A stretch of DNA of 64,000 nt from an uncultured Nitrospiraceae bacterium (lineage in GTDB: Bacteria > Nitrospirota > Thermodesulfovibrionia > Thermodesulfovibrionales > Dissulfurispiraceae), in contig CAVPIW010000006.1 in assembly GCA_963705105.1 (NCBI GenBank), positions 64,001 to 128,000 on the forward strand. Reading direction: 5' to 3'. Position numbers and translations under genes: made by a program. Positions 1 to 15,107 of the stretch are shown here, one piece after another. Under the pieces are notes generated by a model that worked only from the letters and a program-made list of their open reading frames with translations, had not been told where the DNA came from and searched no databases. How positions within the stretch are numbered: the first letter of the stretch is position 1; every line of letters begins with the position of its first letter.

Positions 1-967
1 CTCGCTCCTGCGCGCCCACGCGTCCCACTCGAGCTCGTAGTAGCGGCGCAGCAGCGCCGCCGGGACCGCGACGAGCGGCTCGTTCGCCCCTGCTCCCGCC
101 CTCGCTCCCGCTCCTCCTCTGCCGGCTGCCGCCCTCTCCTCCTCGGAAGAAGAAGGAGAAGGGGAAGAAGAGGTATGGTCTGCGGCAAGAACTCCGGGGG
201 GACCATGACGGAGCAGGCGGGGCAAGGGACGGGGCGGGGGAGGAGCGCGGAGGAGGGGAGGGGGGGAGACGGCGGCGGGGGCGGGGGGGGGGGCGGCGCC
301 GCCGCCGCCGCGCCGCCGCCTCTTGCTCCCTTCCTTCCCCGTCCTCTTCTCCTCTTCCCCCTCCTCTTCTTCTTCCTCTTCGCTCTCTTCCTCTTCGCTC
401 CTCTTCCGCGGCCGCTGCGGCGTGCACAGCTCGGATCGCGGCCTCCAGCGCGTCGTCGTCGAGGTCGAACCCGTCGTCGTTGCGGCCGTGGGCGCGGAGG
501 CGGCGGCGGAAGAGCGAGGAAGAAGGAGCGAGGGGGAGGAGGACAGAAGGAGGAGGCGGTCGAGCCTTGGCCGCCGCCTGCCGGCAAGGGAGTCTTCGGG
601 GCGGAGCAGCGGCTGGCCGCGACGTCGGCCTCGACGACGACGACCGCCCGCCGCCGCGGCCGCCGCGGGGGCCGCCGTTCGCCAGAGCCGCCGGGAGCGG
701 GACAGGAGAGGAGGAAGAGAAAAAGGCCTTCCGCCCGTCCCCCTCATCGCTCGGAGCTCCTCGGAGGAGTAGCGAAGCACGGGGAGGAGGAGGGAGGAGG
801 ACGGGAGAGCCATGTCGCCGAGAGAAGCTGACGCCGCTGCCGCTGACGCCTCCGCCTTGTCTCTCCCTCTTCGCTTCTCTCTTCCCTCCTCTTCCTTCTC
901 GGCCTCCTCCCTCAGCGAGACCATCTCGCCGTGCCTCCTCCTCTCCTCCGGCGTCGGCGGGGAGTAC

Positions 968-2948
968 CTATAGGCCGCGGCGGGCAACGTAGGCGGCAGC
1001 CTCTGCGGCGCCGAGGGCGGCGCGCCGAGCGCGGTGAGCGCGCGCCGGAGCCGCGCGAGCTCGCCCGGGGACCCTTATCGGCGCCGGCCCCTTGCCCCCT
1101 TCGCCGCCGGTTCCCTCGCCGCCGTCGTCCTCGTCGTCGGTCGAGACGAGAGTGATGCAGGCCCCGCGCCCGCCAAACCTCCCGGCTCGCCCCGCGCGGT
1201 GCGCCAGGGTGGCGGCGCCCTCGGGGAGGGGGGGGAGGAAGCGGGAGGAGAGAAGGGGACGGAAACCTTCCGCTCGTCGTTGCCGCCGCCGCGAGCCGTC
1301 GTCGGGGTCGTCACTGCCCGCGTCCTCGTTCGCGCCGCCCGCGCTCCCCCGGCCCCCGCCTCTCCTCCTCCACTCCCGCGGGAGCCCGTCGGCGTTCACG
1401 ACGAGGTTCACCCTCTCCAGGTCCACGCCCCGCGCCCCGAGGTCCGTCGCGACGGCGACCCGCGCGCGAGAACGCGCGCAGCGCCGCGACAGCCTCCATC
1501 CGCCGCGGCTGCGGCAGCGCGCCGCTGAGCTCGACGGCGGGGAAGCCCGCGGCCGCCAGCGAGGCGGCGAGCGAGGCCGCGCGCGCTCGCGAGGAGACGA
1601 AGACCGCAGCCTGGCAGAAGGGCGCGGAGGAGAGGGCGGTGACGACGGCGGCGTCGCTCTGGCGCTGGGTCGGGACGGCGGGAGGAAGCGGAGAGGAGAG
1701 GAGGAGGTTATCGTTTTCGCTTTCGCTTCGGCCCTTTCTTCTTCTCGGGGGATTCGACGATCGGCAGGTAGTAGTGCGTCACGCCCTCGAGCGCCGGGCC
1801 CGCGCCGCGGGGAGGCGTCGACGCGCCGCGGGGAGCCACTTGCCATGAGCCTCGACGCGGCCTCCTCGCTGGCGGCGTCGAGCGTCGCAGAGAACGCCAT
1901 CACTTGAGGGTGCCGCAGCCCACCCTCCTCGCCGCCGCCGCCTCGGCCTCGACCCCTCTGGCCGCCGCCGCCGCCGCCGCCGGGGCAGCCGCAGGCCGAG
2001 GCGAGGAACGAGACGTCCACCGCCAGCGGGGCGCTCAGCAGGGCATCAGCCTCGTCGAGGACCAGCAGCGAGACGCCGGAGAGGTCGAGCGCCGGAACGG
2101 CGGCGGAGGACGCAGCGGAGCACTTGGACGCACCGCCGCTCGCGAGCGCGCGCGCCCTTCCCGGCGTCGCAGCGACAACCGCCAGCGGTCTCCGGCACCT
2201 CGCGATGTCGGCCGACAGCGGCAGCCCCCCTACGAAGGCCGCCACCGAGGGGCGCGGGGAAAGGGACGAAGAAGAGAGGGGAAAGCGGGAGAGCAGCGAG
2301 GAGACGACGTCGGCGGCCTGCAGCGCCACTTCCCTCGTCGGCGCGAGGATCAGCGCCCGGGGTGCCGAAGACAGAAGACAGAATTCGCCGCGTTCGCTGC
2401 CGCCGTCGCGGTCAGCACGGCCGGGACGCCGAACGCGGCCGTCTTGCCCGTGCCGGACCTGGCGCGCACGAGGAGGTCGGCGCCGGAGAGGGCGAGCGGG
2501 ATGGCCAAGGCCTTTGGAGAGAGAGAGTTTTTTCGAGGTCGAGGTTGATGAGGAAAACGAACGGCTAGAAGAACGACTGACATGGCAAATTGCAACCCTC
2601 TCTTTCTCTTTCTCTCTCTCTCCCCGCTTCTTTTCATTTCTCGTACCTGTACCGGCGAGGGCTCGATAAAACCGCAGTCCTCGAGCCCGCTGACGAGCCA
2701 AGAGGGCAAGGCGAGGTCGTCGAACGAGGCGACGGAAGACGAGAGACATCCGCTGTGCGGTGCCGGCGCTGGTATTGGAATCAGAGAGGTCGCCGCCGCC
2801 GCCGCCTTCTTCCTCGCCTCGCTCCTCCATCGTTACAAGCGAGGAGAGAAAAGAAGGAAGCAGGCGTAGGATCAAGGCCCTCGCTTTGGTCTCTTCTTCT
2901 TCTCGAGGGAGAGGAGTCGAGACGTTCCAAGCTGATGCCGGCGGGCAT
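968..2948 (-). CDS. DEAD-box RNA helicase, DDX20/Gemin3-like (spliced, apparent frameshifts; ends approximate)
   Basis: Motifs spread over several frames: SFDDLALP..GFIEPSPVQ (Q motif), ARSGTGKT, APTREVALQ, LVLDEAD, FSAT, ATDLGARGVDLERVNLVVN, HRAGRAGRFG; intron after SPVQ (GTACGAG donor ~2646). The C-terminus may continue into 1-970. Confidence 0.85.
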
Positions 2949-3023
2949 GCAGCAGCGAGAGAACGAAATCGAAAAATGAAAACTCCAAATTATCTCGTAG
3001 CTACAAGAAAAAAAAAACTCATT

Positions 3024-4089
3024 TCAGGCCCGCACGCAGATCAGCGTGTCCCCCCGCACGTCCCTCGCGATCCTCAGATCTCCCCCCACGACGACGGTGT
3101 CAAACCACCCTTTCCCAAACGGGGGCAGCGGCAGCGAGAACGCCGGGGCGCACTCGCCCGTCGCTTTGTTGATTTTAGCGACGTCGAGCCTCGCTCCCGA
3201 AAACTTGAAGTCGACCCTGCTCCCTGCCGTCTCCTTTTCTCCGCCGCCGTTCGATGGCCCGCGGGCCCTTGCGTCGGAGTAGACGATGAAGCTTCCTCCC
3301 GGAGGGAAGACGATCTCGTTGACGAGAGCCGGCGGGTCGCTTTCGGGGGCGTCGCCCTCGCCGCCGTCTGCGCCTGCATCGTCCGCGAGGGAGAGCGTTT
3401 GGAACACCTCGCCGACCTCCTGGACGCCGAAGAGCCGCTCCCCGTTAGCGATCACCCACAGGACCTCCTTCTCGCTGGTCCAGACCTGGGGAGTTTTCGT
3501 TTGGTTGGGTTTCGGTTGGTTTTATCGGTTGGTTGGTTTTGTTGGGGGGGGTTGAAGACGGAAGAGAAGGAAGAAGAGTTTGAAATATTTTCTTCTCGAA
3601 ACTTCGTCCCCCACCCCGAAATATGCTAGAAACCCTTCTCCTCGATGGCTCTCTCACCAGCTTCCACTTTCCGTCGATTCCCGCGGGGTTGTTCTCGAGG
3701 GGGAACAGCGCCGAGCGCGGCGCCGCGGCGTAGAGCTCGTCGATCGCGGCCTCCACTTCTTCGCGGCTCGGGCCCGAGGGGTTGGTGCCTCTGTCGGATT
3801 TCGAAATCAGATTCAAGAGCTTGGTTTTAGCTTTGGAGAGCCTGCCGCCGCTCCAGGAGAACTTGGGGAGGGAGAGGGACGGGAGGAGGAGCGCGGGGGC
3901 CTTCTTGGCTGCTGCGGAAGTCGAGGTCGAGGTAGAAGAAGACGGGCGGCGAGAGGGGATCGCCTCGGCAATTTTCTGCCTCGGCGCCCGAACGGTGCCG
4001 CCTCTGCTGCCAGCAATAGAAGCACCAGGAACAGACTCGAGCGCGCCAGGGCAGCAGCTGCGACTCCTGCTGCTCAAAACCGAAGACAT
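3024..4089 (-). CDS. PAP/fibrillin family plastid lipid-associated protein (2 exons, intron ~3486-3657)
   Basis: KTKLLNLISKSDRG...IDGKWKL|VWTSEKE...FGKGWFDTVVVGGDLRIARDVRGDTLICVR; Ser/Arg-rich N-terminus; GTGAG donor and CCCCAG acceptor. Confidence 0.8.
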
Positions 4090-5053
4090 TGCCTTGACGA
4101 GAGCAACTGGAGAAACGGAGAGAAACTAGAAGTAGAAAGAGTGGAGCTCAAGTATGTTTGCTCCCACAAAAAAACACAAAAAGCCGCCCTCACTCGCCAA
4201 TTTGGTTTAAGGTGAGAGAGAGCTTTTGCTCCGTTGTTAATTGTTTTTGTTTTCCTTTTCTAACTGCTCAAGGGACGATGCGAGGCGCGCTCTTTGCGTG
4301 AGCACGAAGAGGGGAGCGGAAACGAGACGAGACGAGCTGGGAGCGAGCGACAAAGAGCAGGAGAACCAGCCGGCCCATGAAGCACGCTTCGGCCTAAACG
4401 AAATAAGCCAGCCATTGTGATGAATCGTGCCTCTCCTCCCCCCCTCGCTCACTGGAACCGCTTCGTCGTGCCCATCTTCGCAGTCGGCGGTCGCACGCGT
4501 AACCCTGATCTCCGGTCACCGGATCGAAATTTGTGCCTCGGAGAGTTGCGCGAATGCGTCGCAGGGAAGAGTGCGAGCCCCCCCCGCGCGTGGTGCCCCT
4601 CGGACGGCGACCGTTGACGGCGAGACGATTCTCCGTCTGGGGGGGTCACTCAATTCTTCCTCGACGCCCGCGCGCGGCTTGCGTGCAGCGAATTCCTCTT
4701 CCTTTGGCCTGGAGAGTGAGGTGACCCCCTCCAGGCCGAGAACGCGGAATCGAAACGAAGAAAAGGCGTCTAATTCGAGCCCCAGAATTCGCGAGCGAAA
4801 AAGTTCGGGGGGGGGGGAGGGAGAGCCTGACGTTTCTCCCCTCGAAGCGTCTCTCAAGAAAGAGAGAGAAACACTCGACTGACGAGCCCCCCCCCCCCCC
4901 CCCGCTCTGTCCCCACTTCCTCTGCCCCTCCCTCCCACTTCCTCTGCCCCTCCCTCCCTCTTCATCCCCCCCCCCCCCCAAAAAAAAAAAAAGACAGCCC
5001 CCGGCTCTTCCGTCTCCAACTCTCCACACCCCCCAGTCAAGGAACCCGCCCCA

Positions 5054-6040
5054 ATGGAGTCCGTCGAGGCCGCCCTCGACTCCGCGCGCGACGCGGTGTC
5101 TGACCTCGCCGACGGCGCCTCGGGCTGGTGGGGTGACCGCGTCGACGAGGTGCGCTCCAAGCTCGAGGAGCGCCGAGGCGGCAAGGGCGCCGACAGCAGC
5201 AGCAGAGGAGGGAAGCGACGCAGCGGCAGCAGCAAGAAGGAGTCGTCGCCGCAGGAGGGGGCCAACACGGGAGAAGGGGCCTGCCCGTGGTGCCTCTGCT
5301 GCTCGCCGCCGCGCGGCCGCGGTCGGCTTCGCGGCGCACGACGAGACCGCGCGTCAAGGAGTCCGACCTGGAGAGGATCCCGCACGTGGGCGGATACCTG
5401 GCCTCGGGGCTGCGCACCCTCAGGGCCAAGCTGAGGGAGCTGCGGAGCGGGAGGAGGACCGGCGGCGGCGGAGGCTTCTTCTCGCTCGGTGCCTCCTCGT
5501 CTTCTCCTCCGCCGGCCAAGGCCGCCGCCGCGGCGGCGCTCGAGCGCTCCAAGTCCGCCGCCGCAAGGCCAAGGCCGACGCCGAGGCCGCCGCCGCGAAA
5601 GCCGCGAAGGACGCCGAGGCCGCCGCCGCGAAGCTGAAGGCGGAGGCGGAGAAGGTCGCGGCCGCCGCGGAAAAGGCCGCAAAGGACACCGCCGCCGCCA
5701 TCGAGAAGAAGGCCGCCGACGTCGAGAAGAAGGCGCCAACGTCAAGTCCGCCGTCTCCGAGGGGACCGCCGCCGCCAAGGCCAAGGCCGGCGAGGTGGCT
5801 TCGGCCGTCGAGGCTCGGGAGCCAAGGAGGTCGCGAAGGAGGCCTCGGAGGCCGTGAAGGCGCCAAGGGCGCTGAGGCGGGCGGCGCCAAAGAGGTGGCG
5901 GCGGCCGTCGACGACGCCGCGGCGGCGGTCGAAGGACGGCGCGGCAAAGCTGGCCTCCGAGGGCGCCGAGGCGGTCGAGAGGTCAAGGCCGAAGTCGGAG
6001 AAGGTCGCGACCAAGGTGTCGCAGGCTGCGAGCAAGTGGA
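5054..6040 (+). CDS. Ala/Lys/Glu-rich repetitive helical protein (LEA-like); frameshifted, boundaries approximate
   Basis: MESVEAALDSARDAVSDLADG... followed by KAKADAEAAAAKAAKDAEAAAAKLKAEAEK-type repeats with coding-like GCC/AAG/GAG codon use; a possible upstream exon lies near 4420-4720. Confidence 0.45.
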
Positions 6041-6533
6041 GGAGAGACGTGTGGAGGTGGGGGGGGGAGAGAGAGAGAAAAAGAGGTTGAGAGAGGGAGT
6101 TTTTTTTTTCCCTTTGAGCGCGCGCGAGAGAGATAAAAGAGAGAGAGAGAGATTTTTCAGTTTCTTCTTCTTCAATATTCTTCTTCTTCTTTTACCGTCG
6201 GGGTCCGTTACTAGAATCCGTCGAGGGGGGGGGGCTTTGAGAGGTCTGTTTTGGTTGTTTCCTTCGAGACGAGAGAGAAAGAGACAGAGATATTTCCTTC
6301 TTTTTTTTAAAAAACAAAACAACAACAAAAATAAAAACGCTTTCCACTGTTCTTTCTCTTTTCACACTGTTTTCTCTCTCCTTCTCTTTCTCTTTCCTTC
6401 TCTTTCTCTCGCGCATCCCCCCTGAAAACGCTCCCTGGATTACGAATCACCGTTGCCTCGCTACGGAGAGCTCTTGAGCTCTCTAAAAACTTAAACACAG
6501 AACGTCTCCCTCCCTCTCTCTCTCCCTATCTCT

Positions 6534-9436
<2,903 letters not shown>

Positions 9437-9663
9437 GACGTCGAAAAAAAGGAACCGTGAGAAAGAAGGAGAGAGCGGAGGAGGAAGAGGAAGAAAAGAG
9501 TCTTCGAGACAAGCCAATCGAATTTTCGAGCTCAAGCCTCCTTCTCGACCGTCAATGTTTATTTTTGAGAGAGAGTCGAAGAACGAGAAGAAAACCAGCA
9601 CAATCCCTTTTTTCAAACTCTCTCTCTGTCCTTCGGCCTTCGGTTCTCCTCGTCCCAAAAACG

Positions 9664-12102
9664 ATGATCTCCCTCCGCTCCTCCGCGGGCGTGCGCGTCG
9701 CCCCCGCGGTCTCATCGTCGTTGTCGTCGTCGCGCGCGGCGATCGCCCCCCGCTCCGCCGCTCCTGCTCCTTTGTCGGTGATGTCGGCGTCTCCCGCGTT
9801 TCGTCGTCGTCGCGCCGATCGCTCAAGTCCCTGGCCCCTCGCGCTGCGGCCGGGAGCCCTCCCGCGTTCGGCGCCTACGGTGAGTCGTGATCGTTTCTTT
9901 CGCATCGAGAGCGAGAGAGCGCCGCAGAGTGGATGAAAAGGGGATGTGAAGGAAGCGTGGAGGGAAATTGCCCCGCTGTTGGACGAACGACGGTGCCATT
10001 TTTTTCTGTTTTTTTGACGCCAGTGCTCATTCTCGTCTCTCCCTTTCAACAACTCCTCCCCGCCACCAACCACTACAGGCGGCGACGCCCGCATCAAGGT
10101 CATCGGTGTCGGCGGCGGCGGCGGTAACGCCGTCAACCGCATGGTCAACTCGGGCCTGCAGGTGAGGAGAAGAAGAAGAAGAGAGAGAGAGAGAGAGAGA
10201 GACGGAACGAGACACGCCGGTCGATCACGACGAGAGTTTTTTCTTTGACGGGCGAAATTCGAAAAGAAGAAAAACTCGACCTCGACCTCCCCTCCTCACC
10301 TCTCCCTTCAAAAAAAAAACATCTCGACAAATCCAGGGCGTCGAGTTCTGGGCCGTCAACACCGACGCCCAGGCCCTCGAGTCCAGCTCCTGCCTCAACA
10401 AGCTCCAGCTGGGCGCCGAGCTCACCCGCGGCCTCGGCACGGGCGGGGACCCCTCCCTCGGCGCGGCGGCCGCGCAGGAGTCGGCCGCCGACGTCGCGCG
10501 GGCCGTCGCCGGCGCCGACCTCGTCTTCATCACGGCGGGGATGGGCGGCGGGACGGGCACGGGCGCTGCCCCTGCGGTGGCCAAGGCCGCGAAAGAGGCG
10601 GGGGCCCTGACGGTGCGATGAGAGAGAAAGAGGGAGTTGGAGCGGGGGGGGGGGGGGGGGGGGACCTCTTTCTTGTTCCCATCTCCGAGAGGGCCGCACG
10701 CGGACTCTCCAAGAAAAGACGGAGAAGGCGACCGCCCCTCTCCGACTCTCCTCACGCATCCGCCTCTCTCCTCCTTTTCCCCTCTTCCTGCGAACCCAAA
10801 AAAACAACAAAACCGTCAAAAGGTCGGCGTCGTCACCTACCCCTTCTCCTTCGAGGGCCGCCGCCGCGGCGGCGCCGCCGCAGACGGCGTCGAGACGCTC
10901 CGCAAGGCGGTCGACACCCTGATCGTCATCCCCAACGACCGGTAAGAATGAGGTCTTTGATGGCGCTCTCTTTCTCGCTCTTCCTCGTTTCTTCGGTTCG
11001 CTTTCGTATAGGAATGAGATTTTTCCTGTCCGAGAGAGAAAGCGCGGCAAGAGGGAGTCCAGAGAGCTCCAACCCATCGTCGGAAAAAGCGACCTCCGAA
11101 AAACTGACCTCGAACAAAAAAACGACCTCGGAATATTTTTAAAACACTAGCCTCCTCGGCGTCGTCGGGGACGCGACCCCGCTCTCGGACGCGTTCCTGC
11201 TCGCGGACGACGTCCTGCGCCAGGGCGTGCAGGGCATCTCGGACATCATCACCATCCCGGGGCTGGTGAGTCCTTGAAATTCGTTTCTCTTCTTTCCTTT
11301 CTTTTGTCTCTGTTCTTTTTCTCGTACCAAGGTCTCTCGAGGTTGGAAAAAAAAAGCAAAAAAAAACAAAAACTCATCTTTTTCTCTCTGCTCTCTTTCT
11401 CTCTCTCCCCTTTCCAAACAGGTCAACGTCGACTTCGCCGACGTCAAGGCCATCATGCGCGACTCCGGCACTGCCATGCTCGGCGTCGGCGTCGCCAGCG
11501 GAAAGGGCCGCGCCCGCGAGGCCGCCGACGCCGCCACGTCCGCGCCCCTGATCGAGCGCTCCATCGAGCGCGCGACGGGCGTGGTGTACAACATCACGGG
11601 CGGCAGGGACATGACGCTGGCAGAGGTGAACGAGGTGTCGCAGGTCGTGTCGTCGCTCGCGGACCCGAGTGCCAACGTCATCTTCGGCGCGGTGAGGAGT
11701 TCTTTTTTTAACCCGTTCGGGTTTTTTTTTTCACGCTCTTTTTCACGGATCGTCTCTCTCGGGAGCAAATGACACTTCTCGGCGCCGCTCCTTCTCACCG
11801 CCGCATTCCCCTCCTCTCCGCATGCCCCTCCTCTCCCTCAAAAAAACGGAACGACGGAAAAACGGCGACAACAGGTCGTCGACGACGCATACGAGGGCGA
11901 GCTGCACGTCACGATCGTCGCGACGGGCTTCCCGCCCTCCTTCGAGGACGCCCTCTTGGCCGACGGCGCCGCCAGCGCGACCAGCAGGAGCAAGAGGGTC
12001 TCCTCCTCCGCGGCCTCCTCGGCTGCTGCTCCCGAGGCTGCCGCCGGCGGCAAGGGCGGGAGGACCATCCAGGCCCCCCGCTCGTGGCAGGTGTGGGGCT
12101 GA
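9664..12102 (+). CDS. ftsZ: Plastid division protein FtsZ (FtsZ1-type), 7 exons
   Basis: Transit-peptide-like exon 1, then [77 protein letters not shown]; introns ~9880-10078, 10162-10336, 10613-10821, 10942-11150, 11266-11421, 11692-11874; no FtsZ2-type C-terminal IPxFL peptide. Confidence 0.95.
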
Positions 12103-12456
12103 GCTGGAAGTAAGCCGAAATTTTTTTTGGCTTTTTTCTCCCTCGCCTTGCGAAAAAAAGGGGAGGCCCCCAGCAGGTCGTCGCACGAGAGACAACACAA
12201 AAGAAGCACCGCGCCTCTCTCTCTCTCTCGTCCGTTCGTTCGTTTTGAGAGAGACGCGCGCGCGCGAGCGAGACACAGTTATATTGCTTTTCTAGGAAGG
12301 GAGAAAGGGAGAGAGTAGAAAAACGTTTTTTCTTCAATTCGGGGGGGGGGGGAAACGTGATGAAATAAAAAAAAGGCTCCGCTGTTTCAAAAAAATATTC
12401 AAAAACAAGAACGTCTCGTCGCGCGCCTCTCTCTTTCTCTGCCTCTTTCTTCGAGT

Positions 12457-12546
<90 letters not shown>

Positions 12547-12688
12547 TCCAAATCGGCGGCGGCGACAGAGCTCAAAAAAATGGCTTTGGAGAGGGAAAAG
12601 AAGAGCTCCAAAGAAATCCCCTCCTCGTTGCCGTTCTCGCGCTTGCGCCCCCGAGGTCGTAAAGGTTCCAGGAGAACGGGCATGGCGT

Positions 12689-14832
12689 CTAAAACGCCAT
12701 GCCCTCGTCGTTCTCGCGCTTGCCCGTCGTGAGGTCCCTCCAGAAGCCATTGGTCTCCTCGATGACGTCAAGGGCGAACTGCCTCGGCTGGACCTTGTTG
12801 TTGTAGCTATGTTTGCGTTTTTTTTGTTTTGAGAGAGAGAGAGAGAGAGAAGGGGTGAGAGAGGCGAGAGGAGGAGCAGCGAGAGAAGGAGAGAGAAAGA
12901 AGAAAGAAAGAAAAAACGCGAACAAAGGAAGGAAATCCTTTCTGCTCTCACCCGAACTTGTTCTCGGGCTTGCCGTCGGGGATCTTGTAGTCGCGGAACC
13001 AGACGCGGATGCGCTCGAGCTCTCCCGGGAAGACGCTGAGGTGAAAGAGAGAGGGGGGGGTGGAACGAGGCGGAGAAAGTGAGTGAGAAAGCCAGAGAGA
13101 GAGAGAGAGAGAGAGAGAAGAAAATGAAAAGAATAAAGGGGAAAAGAAAAAAACGAAAATCCTTCTTCTTCTTACCGCTCGACGTCCTCGACGTCATTGA
13201 CCTCGGCGGCGCGCGGGTCGGCAGAGTTGATGCAGATTATCTTCATTTTTAGAAAGATTTTGGTTTTAATGACGAGATATTCGTCGTGAGCGCGAAGAAA
13301 TGAGGCGGAGAAAAAGGTTTTCGGCGGAAAAAAAAAGACCTCAAAAAATCGACAAAAGTTGACTTGATAATCTCTCACCTTCCAGTCGAGCTCGCCGTCG
13401 TCGATCATCGCCAGGACGCCGAGGGCCTTGACGGGCGTGACCGAACCCATGGCGCACTCAGCCTCGCCGATCTCGACGACGTCAACGGGGTCGTTGTCGC
13501 CCTGAAAGTGAAGAAAATTTCGAAAAAGACGAAGATGGAGTTTTTCGAGGAATTGTTATTTTTTTTCGTCCGGGTTTTTTCTCTCTCTTTTCTTTCGTCT
13601 CTCGCGTCCTCCTCCTCCACCCTCTCTCTCTCTCCCTCTCCACTTTCCCCCTCGGTATTGCAGAATTAAGTCAGTTTCGACTGAATTCGACGATCAGCCT
13701 CCCCGAAGGGGGGAGTCTCGAATATAAATGTGTGTGTGTTGTTTGCTCTCTTCAGCGGGGAAAAAGTCGCGTTCCGTTCCTCTCTCTCTCTCTCTCCGTT
13801 CTTCTCTCTCTCCGCCCGTCCCCCCTTTCCCTCCCCCTACCTTGACCTTGAGCTCGGGGTGTTCATGCGCCGGGTCCTCCCACGTCTGCGGCAGCAGTCC
13901 GTAGTTCCAGTTGATGTTGTACGGGTAGAACCTCAGGTTCCCCTTCTTGATGTCCTGCTTGATCGGGTTGCGCGCCTCGGTCGTCGCGACCTCCATCTTG
14001 GCGCTAGACTCCTTCGGGATCTCGCAGATGAAGTTGAGCGTGCCGTCGTCGTTCTTGAGGGGGACATCGTGCCACCATGAGATGGGCTTTCCCTTCTCCT
14101 CGGCGAAGATGCGGAAGTCGGTGGTGGAGCGCTTGCCCTGAGAGAGGGTTTTTGTTTGTTTGTTTGTTTTTTTGGGGGGGGGGCAAGAGGAGAGGGAAAA
14201 AGAGAGAGAGAGGTGGAGGAAAGGGGGGTCAGCGTCCTCTCGCTCTCTCTCTCTTCTCTGGGTTCTTGGCTAGCGGCCGCTCCTCTCTCTTTTCTCCTTT
14301 CCTCTGAGCCGCAAATGCTCCCTTCTCTCCCTCCTCTTTTCCTTTGCCTTCCTTACCTCTTCGACCTTGGCGTAAGAGCTGGTGTTGACGGCCGCGGCGC
14401 GGACGGAGACGACGGCGCGGCGGGGGGCGGAGACGGCCTGTTGATTGTGAATTCAGTTTCGTTCTTCGGCGTGAGCAAAAAAACAGGAAAAAGATATACG
14501 AAATCGACCGGGAAAACGGCCGAGGTCGCACGGACGAATCCGCGCATTTTTTCGGGTTCTGACCGCATCAGGACTCGGCGCTTGTCGACAACACATCCTA
14601 GGAACGCGAATGCGCGTGAAGCGTGCCCCGGAGAGGGAGAGCATGCCACGGAAATGGAGAGAGACAGCGAAGAGACGTCGACGGCAAAAGGAAGCAAAGC
14701 AGAACAGGCAGCTCTCGGTCCGTCCTCTCCCGCTGTCTCCCCCCTCTCCGCTGTCCTTCTCGCAGCTTGAAAACTCACCCTGGGCGCGAAGATAGCGCAG
14801 GGCATGCGCGCCATCATGGTCTTGGACAGCAT
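12689..14832 (-). CDS. Soluble inorganic pyrophosphatase, plastid-type (multi-exon)
   Basis: SWWHDVPL, NFICEIPKESSAKMEVAT, NPIKQDIKKGNLRFY, WNYGLLPQTWEDP, DNDPVDVVEIG, LAMIDDGELDWK, WFRDYKIPDGKPENKF; transit-peptide-like first exon MLSKTMMARMPCAIFAPR. Confidence 0.93.
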
Positions 14833-15107
14833 CGTGAGCGAGAGTTAAGGTGGAGAAGAGAAGAGAAGAGAAGAGAAGAGAAGAGGAGATTGGTGTGAGA
14901 GCAGCTGGGCGGCGTTTCGATTATTTTTTTTCCTCGAAGGAGAGGCTCCTCTTCTCGAAGGCTCCTCCTGGCTCGAGCCAAAACTCATTTTGCTCTCTCC
15001 CGCTCTCTCGCTCCTCTGTCTCTCCTTCCTTCGCTCTTTTGCTCTCTCTCGTCTCCTTGTCCTCTCCATCTCTCCCTAGGCACGCAACATATTGCCTGGA
15101 TCCAACC

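Noticed and set aside
9664..12102. ftsZ as a bacterial gene or recent transfer from the adjacent bacterium
   Set aside because: It has six spliceosomal introns and a transit-peptide-like leader, as expected for a nuclear plastid-division gene.
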